A DNA stretch of 64,000 nucleotides from an uncultured Candidatus Berkelbacteria bacterium (GTDB taxonomy: Bacteria; Patescibacteriota; UBA1384; UBA12157), in NCBI GenBank assembly GCA_903877885.1, contig CAIRFN010000007.1:111-64110 (forward strand), read 5' to 3'. Positions 19,940 to 28,016 of the stretch are shown one piece after another. Below the pieces are notes generated by a model. The model did no database searches and was not told the origin of the DNA. It saw only the letters and a program-made list of their open reading frames with translations. Position numbers and translations under genes: made by a program. Each line of letters begins with the position of its first letter. The stretch's first letter is position 1.

Positions 19940-20350
19940 TTATTTTTGAACTGGTTCGTCAACGGTGTAGGCGCTGACTTTGTCAGCTAAATCACGAAGA
20001 GCATCTAAAGTTGGCGCTGGAGTGTCGATTAAACTTTCGGCGTAGTCCAATGAATTTTCGGCTTTGATCACTTCTTTAGCTGGGATTGGCGCTGGCATAT
20101 TTTCTGGAGTGATAACCGGAGTTGGTTCAATTGGCGGTGGTGGCGGTAGCTCGGTCACGGTTTCTGGCGCTTTAATATTTTGAATTGGTTCAACCGCAAC
20201 TGGAATTTCTGGAGTCGGCAAATTTACTGGAGTTGGTGCAACTTCAGTTGGACTTGGAGTAACAGGTGGCGTATTTGGATTTAGTTCTGGCATTGCGCCA
20301 GGTACTGGCGGTATTACCGGTGGCGTCATTGGATTCTGATTTGGATTCAT
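19940..20350 (-). CDS. Proline-rich low-complexity protein, first gene of the ATPase operon.
   Basis: ORF of 136 aa, about 30% Pro (PPV/TP repeats). Good RBS (GGAG). Confidence 0.5.
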   Translation of the reverse strand: MNPNQNPMTPPVIPPVPGAMPELNPNTPPVTPSPTEVAPTPVNLPTPEIPVAVEPIQNIKAPETVTELPPPPPIEPTPVITPENMPAPIPAKEVIKAENSLDYAESLIDTPAPTLDALRDLADKVSAYTVDEPVQK

Positions 20351-20424
20351 AAAGATTAGCTCCCTTCTAGCTAATATTATACCGCAAATAAATTAGAAGT
20401 AAAATCAAAAAGGGTAATACAACT

Positions 20425-20518
20425 TGTCATTCCAGACAGGTTGGCAACCTAGATCTGGAATCCAGGAAAATTATTCTGGATTCTTGATGTCGAGTTACCA
20501 CTCGGCTCGAGAATGACA
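20425..20518. repeat. Composite repeat A+B unit.
   Basis: TGTCATTCCAGACAGGTTGGCAACCTAGATCTGGAATCCAGG, a 9-nt AT linker, then TCTGGATTCTTGATGTCGAGTTACCACTCGGCTCGAGAATGACA. Lies upstream of the ATPase operon. Confidence 0.85.
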
Positions 20519-20571
20519 TTTGTTATTTATTGATATATTGATTATCTCATAAATTGAGATAAAAAAATACC

Positions 20572-21693
20572 TTAGATCTCTTCTCTAACTCTACGCATGA
20601 GTTCATGAAGGAGCCACAAATTATGAAGGCTTAGCAAACGCATGCCAAGCATTTCACCAGATCGGATTAAGTGCGATAAATAGGCTTTGGTGTAGCCGGC
20701 TCGACAGCTTGGACACTGACAATTTGGCATTAATATAGAATTATCTTCGGCAAATTTTGTTTTAGCAAGATCGGTTTTGGAAAATGATTTCCAGTCTTCA
20801 GTTACCCACACAATCCCGTGACGGCCCAATCTGGTAGGTAAAACACAATCAAACATATCAATCCCCTGCTTGGTGGCAAACAAAATATCTTCGGGTTCCC
20901 CTACTCCCATCAAATAGCGTGGCTTATTTAACGGAATAAGCGGCAAAGTATAGAGCAAAGCGTCTTGTTGTTTCTTTTTGCTTTCGCCGCCGTTAGCGAC
21001 ACCGCCGATGGAAAAACCATCAACTGGAAATTGACTCAAAAAATTATAGGATTTTTCGCGTAAATCTTTGTAGAAACTACCTTGAATAATGGCAAAAATA
21101 GCCGGACGCTTTTCCATATCTTTAGTTTTTAAAGCGAAATGCTCATAGGCTTGTTTAAACCAGATATTGGTGACATCAACCGCGTGTTCAATTTCTTCTT
21201 TGGTCGCATCAGCGCTGGGGCAAAAATCAAGCGGCATGATAATGTCAGAGCCAAGTGCCAATTGAATATCAATCACCTTTTCCGGCGTAAACAAATGTTT
21301 TGAACCGTCCAAATGCGAGCGAAACCAGACACCGCGCTTGACCACTTGAGTTAAGGATTCGGTTCTTTTGCCGTAGACTGTGTATTTATCGGACAGCGAA
21401 AAAACTTGATAACCGCCGGAATCAGTTAACATCGAATGTGGCCAGTTGATGAATTTTTGTAAGCCACCTTGGTTTTGAATCAAACCTTCGCCGGGACGCA
21501 AATATAAATGATAGGTATTACCTAAAATCATTTTGTAACCAATCTCGTCGAGTTCTTCGGCCGAAATTCCTTTAACCGAACCGTTAGTCGCGCACGGCAT
21601 AAAAACCGGAGTATCAATTTTACTTCGGTGAGTTTCCAATTGGCCTAAACGAATGGCTGATTCTTTTGATTGTTTGGTGATTTTAAATTTCAT
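20572..21693 (-). CDS. tgt: Queuine tRNA-ribosyltransferase.
   Basis: TPVFMPCATNGSVKG, LGNTYHL, and the zinc site CQCPSCRAGYTKAYLSHL. Confidence 0.9.
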   Translation of the reverse strand: MKFKITKQSKESAIRLGQLETHRSKIDTPVFMPCATNGSVKGISAEELDEIGYKMILGNTYHLYLRPGEGLIQNQGGLQKFINWPHSMLTDSGGYQVFSLSDKYTVYGKRTESLTQVVKRGVWFRSHLDGSKHLFTPEKVIDIQLALGSDIIMPLDFCPSADATKEEIEHAVDVTNIWFKQAYEHFALKTKDMEKRPAIFAIIQGSFYKDLREKSYNFLSQFPVDGFSIGGVANGGESKKKQQDALLYTLPLIPLNKPRYLMGVGEPEDILFATKQGIDMFDCVLPTRLGRHGIVWVTEDWKSFSKTDLAKTKFAEDNSILMPNCQCPSCRAGYTKAYLSHLIRSGEMLGMRLLSLHNLWLLHELMRRVREEI

Positions 21694-21745
21694 ATGATAT
21701 CATCATACCATAAAAATCAGCTTCTGTCACTTAATTTATACAAAA

Positions 21746-21778
21746 AAACCGCCGTTGATGTGATCGCGAGCGGTTTTT
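21746..21778. terminator. Putative terminator downstream of rplL.
   Basis: AAACCGC-N17-GCGGTTTTT with an upstream A-run. Usable on either strand. Confidence 0.4.
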
Positions 21779-21789
21779 GATACATATTA

Positions 21790-21833
21790 TCTGGATTCTT
21801 GATGTCGGATTACCATCCGGCTCGAGAATGACA
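21790..21833. repeat. Repeat B copy.
   Basis: TCTGGATTCTTGATGTCGGATTACCATCCGGCTCGAGAATGACA, between rplL and tgt. Confidence 0.8.
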
Positions 21834-21845
21834 AGATAAGATTAA

Positions 21846-22229
21846 CTATTTGAGCTCCACTTTTGCGCCGGCAGCTTCAAGCTTTTTCTTGGCTTCTTCT
21901 GCATCAGCTTTTGGCATGTCTTTTTTGACTTCTTTTGGAGCGGCATCAGCTAAGTCTTTGGCTTCTTTTAAGCCTAATTCTTGGTTGATTTCGCGAAGAG
22001 CTTTAATAACGGCGATTTTTTGAGCGCCGGCATCGGCTAAAACCAAAGTGTATGAAGATTTTTCTTCAGCAGCTTCGGCAGTGGCAGCAGGAGCACCAGC
22101 AGCCATCATCATTGGAGCGGCGGCTGAAACACCAAATTTTTCTTCTAAAGCTTTAACTAATTCTGAAAGTTCCAAGGTGGTTAAACCTTCGATTTCAGTA
22201 ATCAATTTTTCGAATTTTTCGTTTGCCAT
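21846..22229 (-). CDS. rplL: 50S ribosomal protein L7/L12.
   Basis: N-terminal dimerisation region, Ala/Glu-rich hinge, and a C-terminal domain ending KVELK. Confidence 0.9.
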   Translation of the reverse strand: MANEKFEKLITEIEGLTTLELSELVKALEEKFGVSAAAPMMMAAGAPAATAEAAEEKSSYTLVLADAGAQKIAVIKALREINQELGLKEAKDLADAAPKEVKKDMPKADAEEAKKKLEAAGAKVELK

Positions 22230-22290
22230 TGTTTTTCCTTTCCCGCCTCATCGGCGGGTCACCGTAGAGGTGACTTTATATTATTTTAAT

Positions 22291-23079
22291 TTATTCTTTG
22301 TTTGCTTCTTCAGCTGTTTCATTGTCAGTGTTAATCGCAGCAATTTCGGCTGGGATTTCGGCATCAGCGCCAACTGCTTCTTCTTCGGCGGCCGAGACTT
22401 CGGCCACTTCATCAACAGATGAATTTTCTTCAGCTGATGGATTTAAATCAAGCTTGGCCTCAACTTCTGCTTCGGCTTCGGCTTGTTTTTCTTCTTGTTG
22501 GACTGGATTGTCATTTGCCATGGTTTCTCCTTTATCACCTCTAATTTTATTATAACCTCTGGTTTGGTTATATTGATCTAAAATAGAAACTAGACTTCGT
22601 AGGTTACCTTGCAGAACATTGACCAAGCCAACCAAAGGCGCATTCAAGGTTCCCACCAATTTGGCATATAGTTCTTCTCGACCAGGAAGAGCTGCTAATT
22701 GCTTAATGGTGTTAGCGTCTGCAAATTGATTGTTAACAATTCCACCGATAATCTGTAATTTTTCCGCTTCTTTGGTAAAGCTGACTGTTGATTTAGCTGG
22801 TGTAACTTCATCTTCTTGGCCCCAAACGACCGCAACTGGTTGGTCCAAGATTTCAGCCGGAATTTCAATCCCCTGTTTCTTTAACACGATTTTAAACAAG
22901 CTATTTTTCACGATCTGAAAATGAATGCCGACTTCGAGCAATTTCTTTTTCAAATTATGAATTTCTTTAACCTTCAAACCTTGGTAATTAACTAAAACTA
23001 CCGTTTTGGCGGTTTGAATTTTTTCGGCCATTTCGGCCACTAATTGTTCTTTTTCAGTACGATTTAATAACATTATCAC
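22291..23079 (-). CDS. rplJ: 50S ribosomal protein L10 with a ~90-aa acidic C-terminal extension.
   Basis: The L10 core covers residues 1-170 (KEQLVAEMAEK...VLVNYQGLKV). A long E/A-rich tail follows. Immediately upstream of rplL. Confidence 0.85.
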   Translation of the reverse strand: MIMLLNRTEKEQLVAEMAEKIQTAKTVVLVNYQGLKVKEIHNLKKKLLEVGIHFQIVKNSLFKIVLKKQGIEIPAEILDQPVAVVWGQEDEVTPAKSTVSFTKEAEKLQIIGGIVNNQFADANTIKQLAALPGREELYAKLVGTLNAPLVGLVNVLQGNLRSLVSILDQYNQTRGYNKIRGDKGETMANDNPVQQEEKQAEAEAEVEAKLDLNPSAEENSSVDEVAEVSAAEEEAVGADAEIPAEIAAINTDNETAEEANKE

Positions 23080-23321
23080 CTCTTTACAAATTACAAATTT
23101 ATATACAAATTTACAAATAAAAAAAGACTCATGTCGCGAGTCAATAATAATATCAAAATGGATTTGATACTAATTTTGTCTCGTAAGGGAATTAATCCGC
23201 CAACTGGCGGAACCTTATTTCTACGACAGATATATAATATCAAAATTTCTGAATTTTGTCAACAAAAAAAGTTTAACCATATACCAATCTCATACTAACC
23301 TTGGAAGTTAGTATGGGTAAT

Positions 23322-23350
23322 AAAAAAACCGCCAGAGTTGACGGTTGGAG
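23322..23350 (-). terminator. Putative terminator after the small-protein pair.
   Basis: Minus-strand AACCGTCAACTCTGGCGGTT followed by TTTTTTT. Confidence 0.4.
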
Positions 23351-23352
23351 TT

Positions 23353-23721
23353 TTAGATAAAATCGCGGGCATAGACACCAGGCGAATTACCATGAGGTAA
23401 ATCCAGGTAAAGCATGACTCGGCCGCAGGGCCAGAGAAGAATTCGTTTGATTTTATAGGGACCACGACCAAGCCATTGAAGATTAAAAGTACGATGTTGC
23501 TTGGCGAAAAACTCTTCATCGCTTCGCTTTTGAGCTTTTTCTTTTTCTGATAAATCTTTCTTGGCCAACACTTCGTCGACCATTGCCATGTATTGATTAA
23601 CTGGCATCAGGTCCACCATATCGCCGACCACCACTTTTCGGCCGTTTAGTAGAGTAGCTTCATCAATATATTCTGAATTCTGTGATCCAAGTTGTATCAT
23701 AGGTACACCTCCTTCTAACAA
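23353..23721 (-). CDS. Hypothetical small protein, paralog of the adjacent 96-aa ORF.
   Basis: Shares ATL..GR.V.VGD.V-L and WLG.GPY blocks with the 23715-24005 ORF. Locally higher G+C. Confidence 0.5.
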   Translation of the reverse strand: MLEGGVPMIQLGSQNSEYIDEATLLNGRKVVVGDMVDLMPVNQYMAMVDEVLAKKDLSEKEKAQKRSDEEFFAKQHRTFNLQWLGRGPYKIKRILLWPCGRVMLYLDLPHGNSPGVYARDFI

Positions 23722-24005
23722 AAATCGTTCATTTTAGCTGTCGGCTCGCCGACACAGGTACCATTACCGGATGTTTCGAGCGTTAACATTGTCCAGTCAT
23801 TGGGCCAGTGTTCGGTCCGAATAATCGTATAAGGACCGGCCCCGAGCCAACTACACAAATGTTCGTAATGCAACCGCGTCAGATGGTTCTCGTGATCGGT
23901 CCTGGTCAGTCGAGGTGCCAGCGGAATTAATTCCACTTGATCGCCAACTTTAACAGCCCGACCAGAAGTTAAGGTCGCTTCAGCAATGATTTCGATCTTG
24001 TCCAT
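23715..24005 (-). CDS. Hypothetical small protein, paralog of the 23353-23721 ORF.
   Basis: Same conserved blocks. Overlaps the downstream paralog by 7 nt. Confidence 0.5.
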   Translation of the reverse strand: MDKIEIIAEATLTSGRAVKVGDQVELIPLAPRLTRTDHENHLTRLHYEHLCSWLGAGPYTIIRTEHWPNDWTMLTLETSGNGTCVGEPTAKMNDFC

Positions 24006-24111
24006 AGAATCCCCCTTAGTTCCTTTTTGACTTAAAGGAACTTAAATGCATGATAGTCGCTTTATGGAAAAAAGTCAACAAAAAACCGCCGGGTTGCCCT
24101 GGCGGAAGATG

Positions 24112-25344
24112 TTATTTGTGATTTAGAATTTCGGCGTTTATGAGTCGAATTAGATTTTCAACTAATTCTTCTGATTTACTGGTTTGTCGACATCTCTGGA
24201 TTTTGCATGACAGGTCAATGCTGACTCGATAACGCGGACCATATTTATTTATCAAATGGCTCTCATTTAGTTTTTGACAGCCGGTTTTCACAAATTTAGT
24301 CATATTTTGAAGGTTAACTAAATTATCAACTCCGCCGAAATTAATCAGATTTGCCAGCAAATAAGCTGACGAGACTACTTCCAGATTCGCTATCCCGGCA
24401 AAAATCTGATATTGATCAATGTTCTTTGAAGAATGTTTAAGCAAGGCTACCAAATTCATTGTTTTGACAATCAAATCACTTTCAGTCAAAAACGTGGTGA
24501 CAATTTCATGACTTTGAGTAAAACAGCTGATAACATAGGCTTGGGCTAAAAATGCTTCGAATGTTTCCGGCTCAACCGTCTTAATTTTGATAATACAAGA
24601 ATTGAGTTTCTCGCCAAAGGCCGAATAATCGACTGGTTTAGGCATAGACTCAAGTTCTTCATTTTCTATCTCTATTCTCGATTGTTTTCTCCGATTAGCT
24701 AAAATCGACATTGCTTCAGCCACAATCGGTTTAGCTTTTTGGGCCGCTTGTTTCGGCTTTCCAGATTCAAAACATTGATCCATAACATAGGCTTGGAACA
24801 TATTTGGAAAATCAAACCGATAGCACACATATCCTTTTTCGGTGCATTCTTCTTTAGCCTCCACTAAATCCAATTCTATCCAATACTTTATTTTTCGAGC
24901 GGTAACGAGCTCGATTTCCTCAATCAGACCGGCCGTCGGCCGAAACTGTTCGATTAGCACATTAGTGAACAAAGTCTGGATAGAACTAGCACTGTGACGA
25001 CAAAAGATCGAACTGGTAATTTGCGGATCTGGGCCAGAATTAAAAAAGAATTTATGGTAGTTACAAGCTATTTGCGCTTTTCGAATTGAGAAAGTTCCTG
25101 ATCCGAGACTCATTGCCACCATATAGGCTTTAATCATCTCGGAGCCAGTGTACTCACGATTCTTGCCATCGCGGATACAATCGATCATTTCACAATCAGT
25201 CCAATAACCTAATTGCCGAGGACTAATACCGATTAATTCGGCAGCCTGACCAATTTTGTAATGGTGGTTCAAGATTAGCCCAAAATAGTCATCCAAAAGG
25301 GTTTTGGCTGAAGGGACTACTACTGGTGCAGTTGCTTTTTTCAT
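24112..25344 (-). CDS. MerR/excisionase-like HTH-containing protein (410 aa); the remainder is uncharacterised.
   Basis: IGQAAELIGISPRQLGYWTD helix-turn-helix near the N-terminus. Start chosen at MKKATAP, which has a GGAGG RBS 6 nt upstream; the ORF-track start (25401) lacks an RBS. Confidence 0.55.
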   Translation of the reverse strand: MKKATAPVVVPSAKTLLDDYFGLILNHHYKIGQAAELIGISPRQLGYWTDCEMIDCIRDGKNREYTGSEMIKAYMVAMSLGSGTFSIRKAQIACNYHKFFFNSGPDPQITSSIFCRHSASSIQTLFTNVLIEQFRPTAGLIEEIELVTARKIKYWIELDLVEAKEECTEKGYVCYRFDFPNMFQAYVMDQCFESGKPKQAAQKAKPIVAEAMSILANRRKQSRIEIENEELESMPKPVDYSAFGEKLNSCIIKIKTVEPETFEAFLAQAYVISCFTQSHEIVTTFLTESDLIVKTMNLVALLKHSSKNIDQYQIFAGIANLEVVSSAYLLANLINFGGVDNLVNLQNMTKFVKTGCQKLNESHLINKYGPRYRVSIDLSCKIQRCRQTSKSEELVENLIRLINAEILNHK

Positions 25345-25491
25345 GTTCGCCTCCAAAGTGCAGGATGAGCAAATGATAACACAAAAAGCGATTTTAGTCA
25401 ATCATATTTGAATCGATTTGTACCAAAAAGGACAGTCCTTTCGTTCATTGAAGGACTGTCCTTGAGATGCTAATTACTAATTTCTCATCTC

Positions 25492-26382
25492 TTACTTCTG
25501 GATCTTAATACTTGGTCCCATAGTGGCGGAAATATTAATGGAAACAGCTTTTTCAATTGGAAGACTGACAACCAAAGCTTTGTAGTTAGCGGCTAGTTCT
25601 TCAGCTTTGCCGGAAACCTTACCAATGATTTGATGAACAATGCCATAGGAATCGGATTTGAATTCGGCGCGGCCACCTTCAAGTTCAGCTTTAGTTTTGG
25701 CTGGGTCCAAAGTGATAGTGCCAGATTTTGGATTTGGCATTTTACCTTTTGGTCCCAAGATGCGAGCCAATTTAGCCACTTTCGGCATATCAGCCGGAGT
25801 GGTTAGATAGACATCGGCATCGGCTTTACCAGACTTGATAATTTCTTCAATGGTCGCTTCATCCAGAATTTCGACACTGACTTTTTTGCCAGTGGTATGT
25901 GGATAACTAATCATCCCGCGAACTTGTTCTGGTTTGCCAGATTTACCAATTAAGCGGATGTGAACTTCGACATTGCCATCGAATTTGGTTAAAGAGGTTT
26001 TCTTTACCAATTCCAAGGCTTCGGCAATGGTGTATTTCTTGTTTTTATCAACTAATTCCAAAGCTTTAACGTATTTACCGGAGCGGACTTTGACTTTAGC
26101 TTTCTTGGATTTTTTTCCACCGTCGCCTTTGGCTTTGGTGGACTTCGCTTTGCTCGCTTTTTCTTCCGTTTCGATAGTTTCACCAGATTCAATTTCTACT
26201 TCTTCTTCTGCCGCTTCATTAGCTTTAATCCGAGCTTGTTTGATTTCTTCTTCAATATTTGATTTTTGGTCTTTTTCGTGAGACTTTTCTTTACCGTGAT
26301 GATCAGTTTCGATCTCACCTAAATCCCCACCTTTTCCAAGGGTTTCTTCTGCTGATTTTAATAGTTCGTCTAAATCTGCCAT
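25492..26382 (-). CDS. rplA: 50S ribosomal protein L1 with a ~70-aa charged N-terminal extension.
   Basis: The L1 core runs from KYVKALELVDK... to the end (GPKGKMPNPK.GT). Start at MADLDELL, which has an AGAGGA RBS; the ORF-track start lies further upstream and is hydrophobic with no RBS. Confidence 0.85.
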   Translation of the reverse strand: MADLDELLKSAEETLGKGGDLGEIETDHHGKEKSHEKDQKSNIEEEIKQARIKANEAAEEEVEIESGETIETEEKASKAKSTKAKGDGGKKSKKAKVKVRSGKYVKALELVDKNKKYTIAEALELVKKTSLTKFDGNVEVHIRLIGKSGKPEQVRGMISYPHTTGKKVSVEILDEATIEEIIKSGKADADVYLTTPADMPKVAKLARILGPKGKMPNPKSGTITLDPAKTKAELEGGRAEFKSDSYGIVHQIIGKVSGKAEELAANYKALVVSLPIEKAVSINISATMGPSIKIQK

Positions 26383-26501
26383 AGTGTTTTCCTCTGTGGT
26401 ATTAGCGGCTTGCGGCCTCCCACTGGATATTAATTTACTTTTACTAAAACATAACATACCACAAATATGATAGATCGTCAATAAGAATATAATAAATAAT
26501 C

Positions 26502-26530
26502 TTGACACTCATATAAGTTCCCTATATAAT
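26502..26530 (+). promoter_or_regulatory. Sigma-70-type promoter, exact consensus TTGACA-17-TATAAT.
   Basis: TTGACACTCATATAAGTTCCCTATATAAT, about 90 nt upstream of the 26621 ORF. Confidence 0.6.
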
Positions 26531-26620
26531 GATCTGTAGTGATAAATCGCTCGAACCTAATAAAATATAATTGCGTCAGACCATTTTGGCTGATGAGAAC
26601 ATACCCAAAGGAGAACGGAT

Positions 26621-26986
26621 ATGATGCCTGAAACAACGTCGACTGAAACCAAAATTTCTGTGAATACATTTAGCGTCGGTAAGCTTAGTATCGACGTCGA
26701 TAAACAAATTTCTGAAAGCAAACCAATGAAGTTCGATTGGCCAGTAATAGAAATTGATCAAGCAAATCTAAGTCAGTTAGGATCAAAAGGTAAAAAAATC
26801 GTTTTAAAAGTTTTAGCTCTGGACGGAGTGTTAAGCATTACTATTAGTCGCTATCAAATCACGGTTTGTCTTGGAAATTTATTTAATAATAATACCGTCT
26901 ATGAAAACATTCTCCAGATAATCGAAGAAATCTTTCCTGATAGTTCGGTTATCGGCGCCGGTTGGCGACCACACGGTAGTATGTAA
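26621..26986 (+). CDS. Hypothetical protein, a stand-alone transcription unit.
   Basis: Consensus promoter at 26502-26530, RBS AAAGGAGA, and an intrinsic terminator at 27015-27044. Confidence 0.5.
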   Translation: MMPETTSTETKISVNTFSVGKLSIDVDKQISESKPMKFDWPVIEIDQANLSQLGSKGKKIVLKVLALDGVLSITISRYQITVCLGNLFNNNTVYENILQIIEEIFPDSSVIGAGWRPHGSM

Positions 26987-27014
26987 AGTATTTAACTGTA
27001 GATATTATCGCAGC

Positions 27015-27044
27015 ATCCCACTAGAATTATAGTGGGATTTTTTA
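27015..27044 (+). terminator. Intrinsic terminator for the 26621-26986 ORF.
   Basis: ATCCCACTA-GAATTA-TAGTGGGAT then TTTTTT. Confidence 0.7.
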
Positions 27045-27593
27045 ATTAAGATTAATTGATTCAGTTTTAAGACCATTGTCCAAAGAGCTCATTACATAGT
27101 CAGCGGTTTTGTCAACCATATCATTGAGTTTGGCGTCGTCTTCAAAATTCATTAAAACCCATTCTTCGGTTGGGATAAGATCAGACTTACCCACTCCAAC
27201 GCGAATGCGCCAGAATTGATCGGTCCACAGTTGATCAATAATCGATTGAACGCCTTTGTGTCCAGCCGATGAACCACCGAGTGCGATACGGACTTTACCA
27301 AAATCCAAATCAATATCGTCATGGATAACCCAAATATCTTCAGTATCCAGTTTATAGTAACTGCGAAGTTTGCTTACCGATTGGCCGGATTCATTCATGA
27401 AAGTCTGTGGTTTAGCCAGCATGGTTCGGTCATTGATATCGCCAAAATCCCCTTTTTCCGCTTTGAAATCGTTTTCCAAACGCATCACAATTGATTTTTT
27501 TGCGGCGATATCATCCACCACCAAAAAACCCATATTATGACGAGTCTTTTTATACTTCTCACCAGGATTTCCTAACCCAACTATTAGTTTCAT
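27042..27593 (-). CDS. pth: Peptidyl-tRNA hydrolase.
   Basis: MKLIVGLGNPG...HNMGF signature. Confidence 0.9.
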   Translation of the reverse strand: MKLIVGLGNPGEKYKKTRHNMGFLVVDDIAAKKSIVMRLENDFKAEKGDFGDINDRTMLAKPQTFMNESGQSVSKLRSYYKLDTEDIWVIHDDIDLDFGKVRIALGGSSAGHKGVQSIIDQLWTDQFWRIRVGVGKSDLIPTEEWVLMNFEDDAKLNDMVDKTADYVMSSLDNGLKTESINLN

Positions 27594-27601
27594 AATGTTA
27601 A

Positions 27602-27684
27602 TGTCATTCCGGACAGGTTGGTAACCTAGATCCGGAATCTAGTCTGGATCCCCGATGTTGAAATACCATTCAACTCGAGGATGA
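27602..27684. repeat. Composite repeat A+B unit (diverged).
   Basis: TGTCATTCCGGACAGGTTGGTAACCTAGATCCGGAATCTAG then TCTGGATCCCCGATGTTGAAATACCATTCAACTCGAGGATGACA. Confidence 0.8.
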
Positions 27685-27698
27685 CAGAATAAATATTT

Positions 27699-27998
27699 CT
27701 ACATTCCTGGAATATTAAGGTCGCCGGCAATGGCTTTCATTTTTTCCGCGGCAATAGCCTGAACGCGTGAAAGCGCTTCGGCAATAGCTTGTTGCAAAGC
27801 CTTTTCCAGATCCCGTTTGTTTTCCGCTTTCAAGAGACTTTCATCAATGGTAATTTCCTGAACATGCTGTTCGCCGTTAAAAACTACGGTAATTAAACCA
27901 TTGGCCGCTTTGGCTTCGACTTCAGTTTCTTTTAATTCTTTTTGAATGGCACGGGCTTTTTTTTGTAATTCCCACATTTGTTTAGCTTTGTCTAACAT
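27699..27998 (-). CDS. ybaB: YbaB/EbfC-family nucleoid-associated protein.
   Basis: About 100 aa with N- and C-terminal helices and a central conserved block (LITV..NG...V). Confidence 0.85.
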   Translation of the reverse strand: MLDKAKQMWELQKKARAIQKELKETEVEAKAANGLITVVFNGEQHVQEITIDESLLKAENKRDLEKALQQAIAEALSRVQAIAAEKMKAIAGDLNIPGM

Positions 27999-28016
27999 AG
28001 TAACTCCTAATTAATA

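Noticed and set aside
26383-26620. L1-binding autoregulatory mRNA leader upstream of rplA.
   Set aside because: Only a weak hairpin (GCGGCTTGCGGCC region) is visible. Without a covariance-model search the L1 stalk-mimic motif cannot be claimed.
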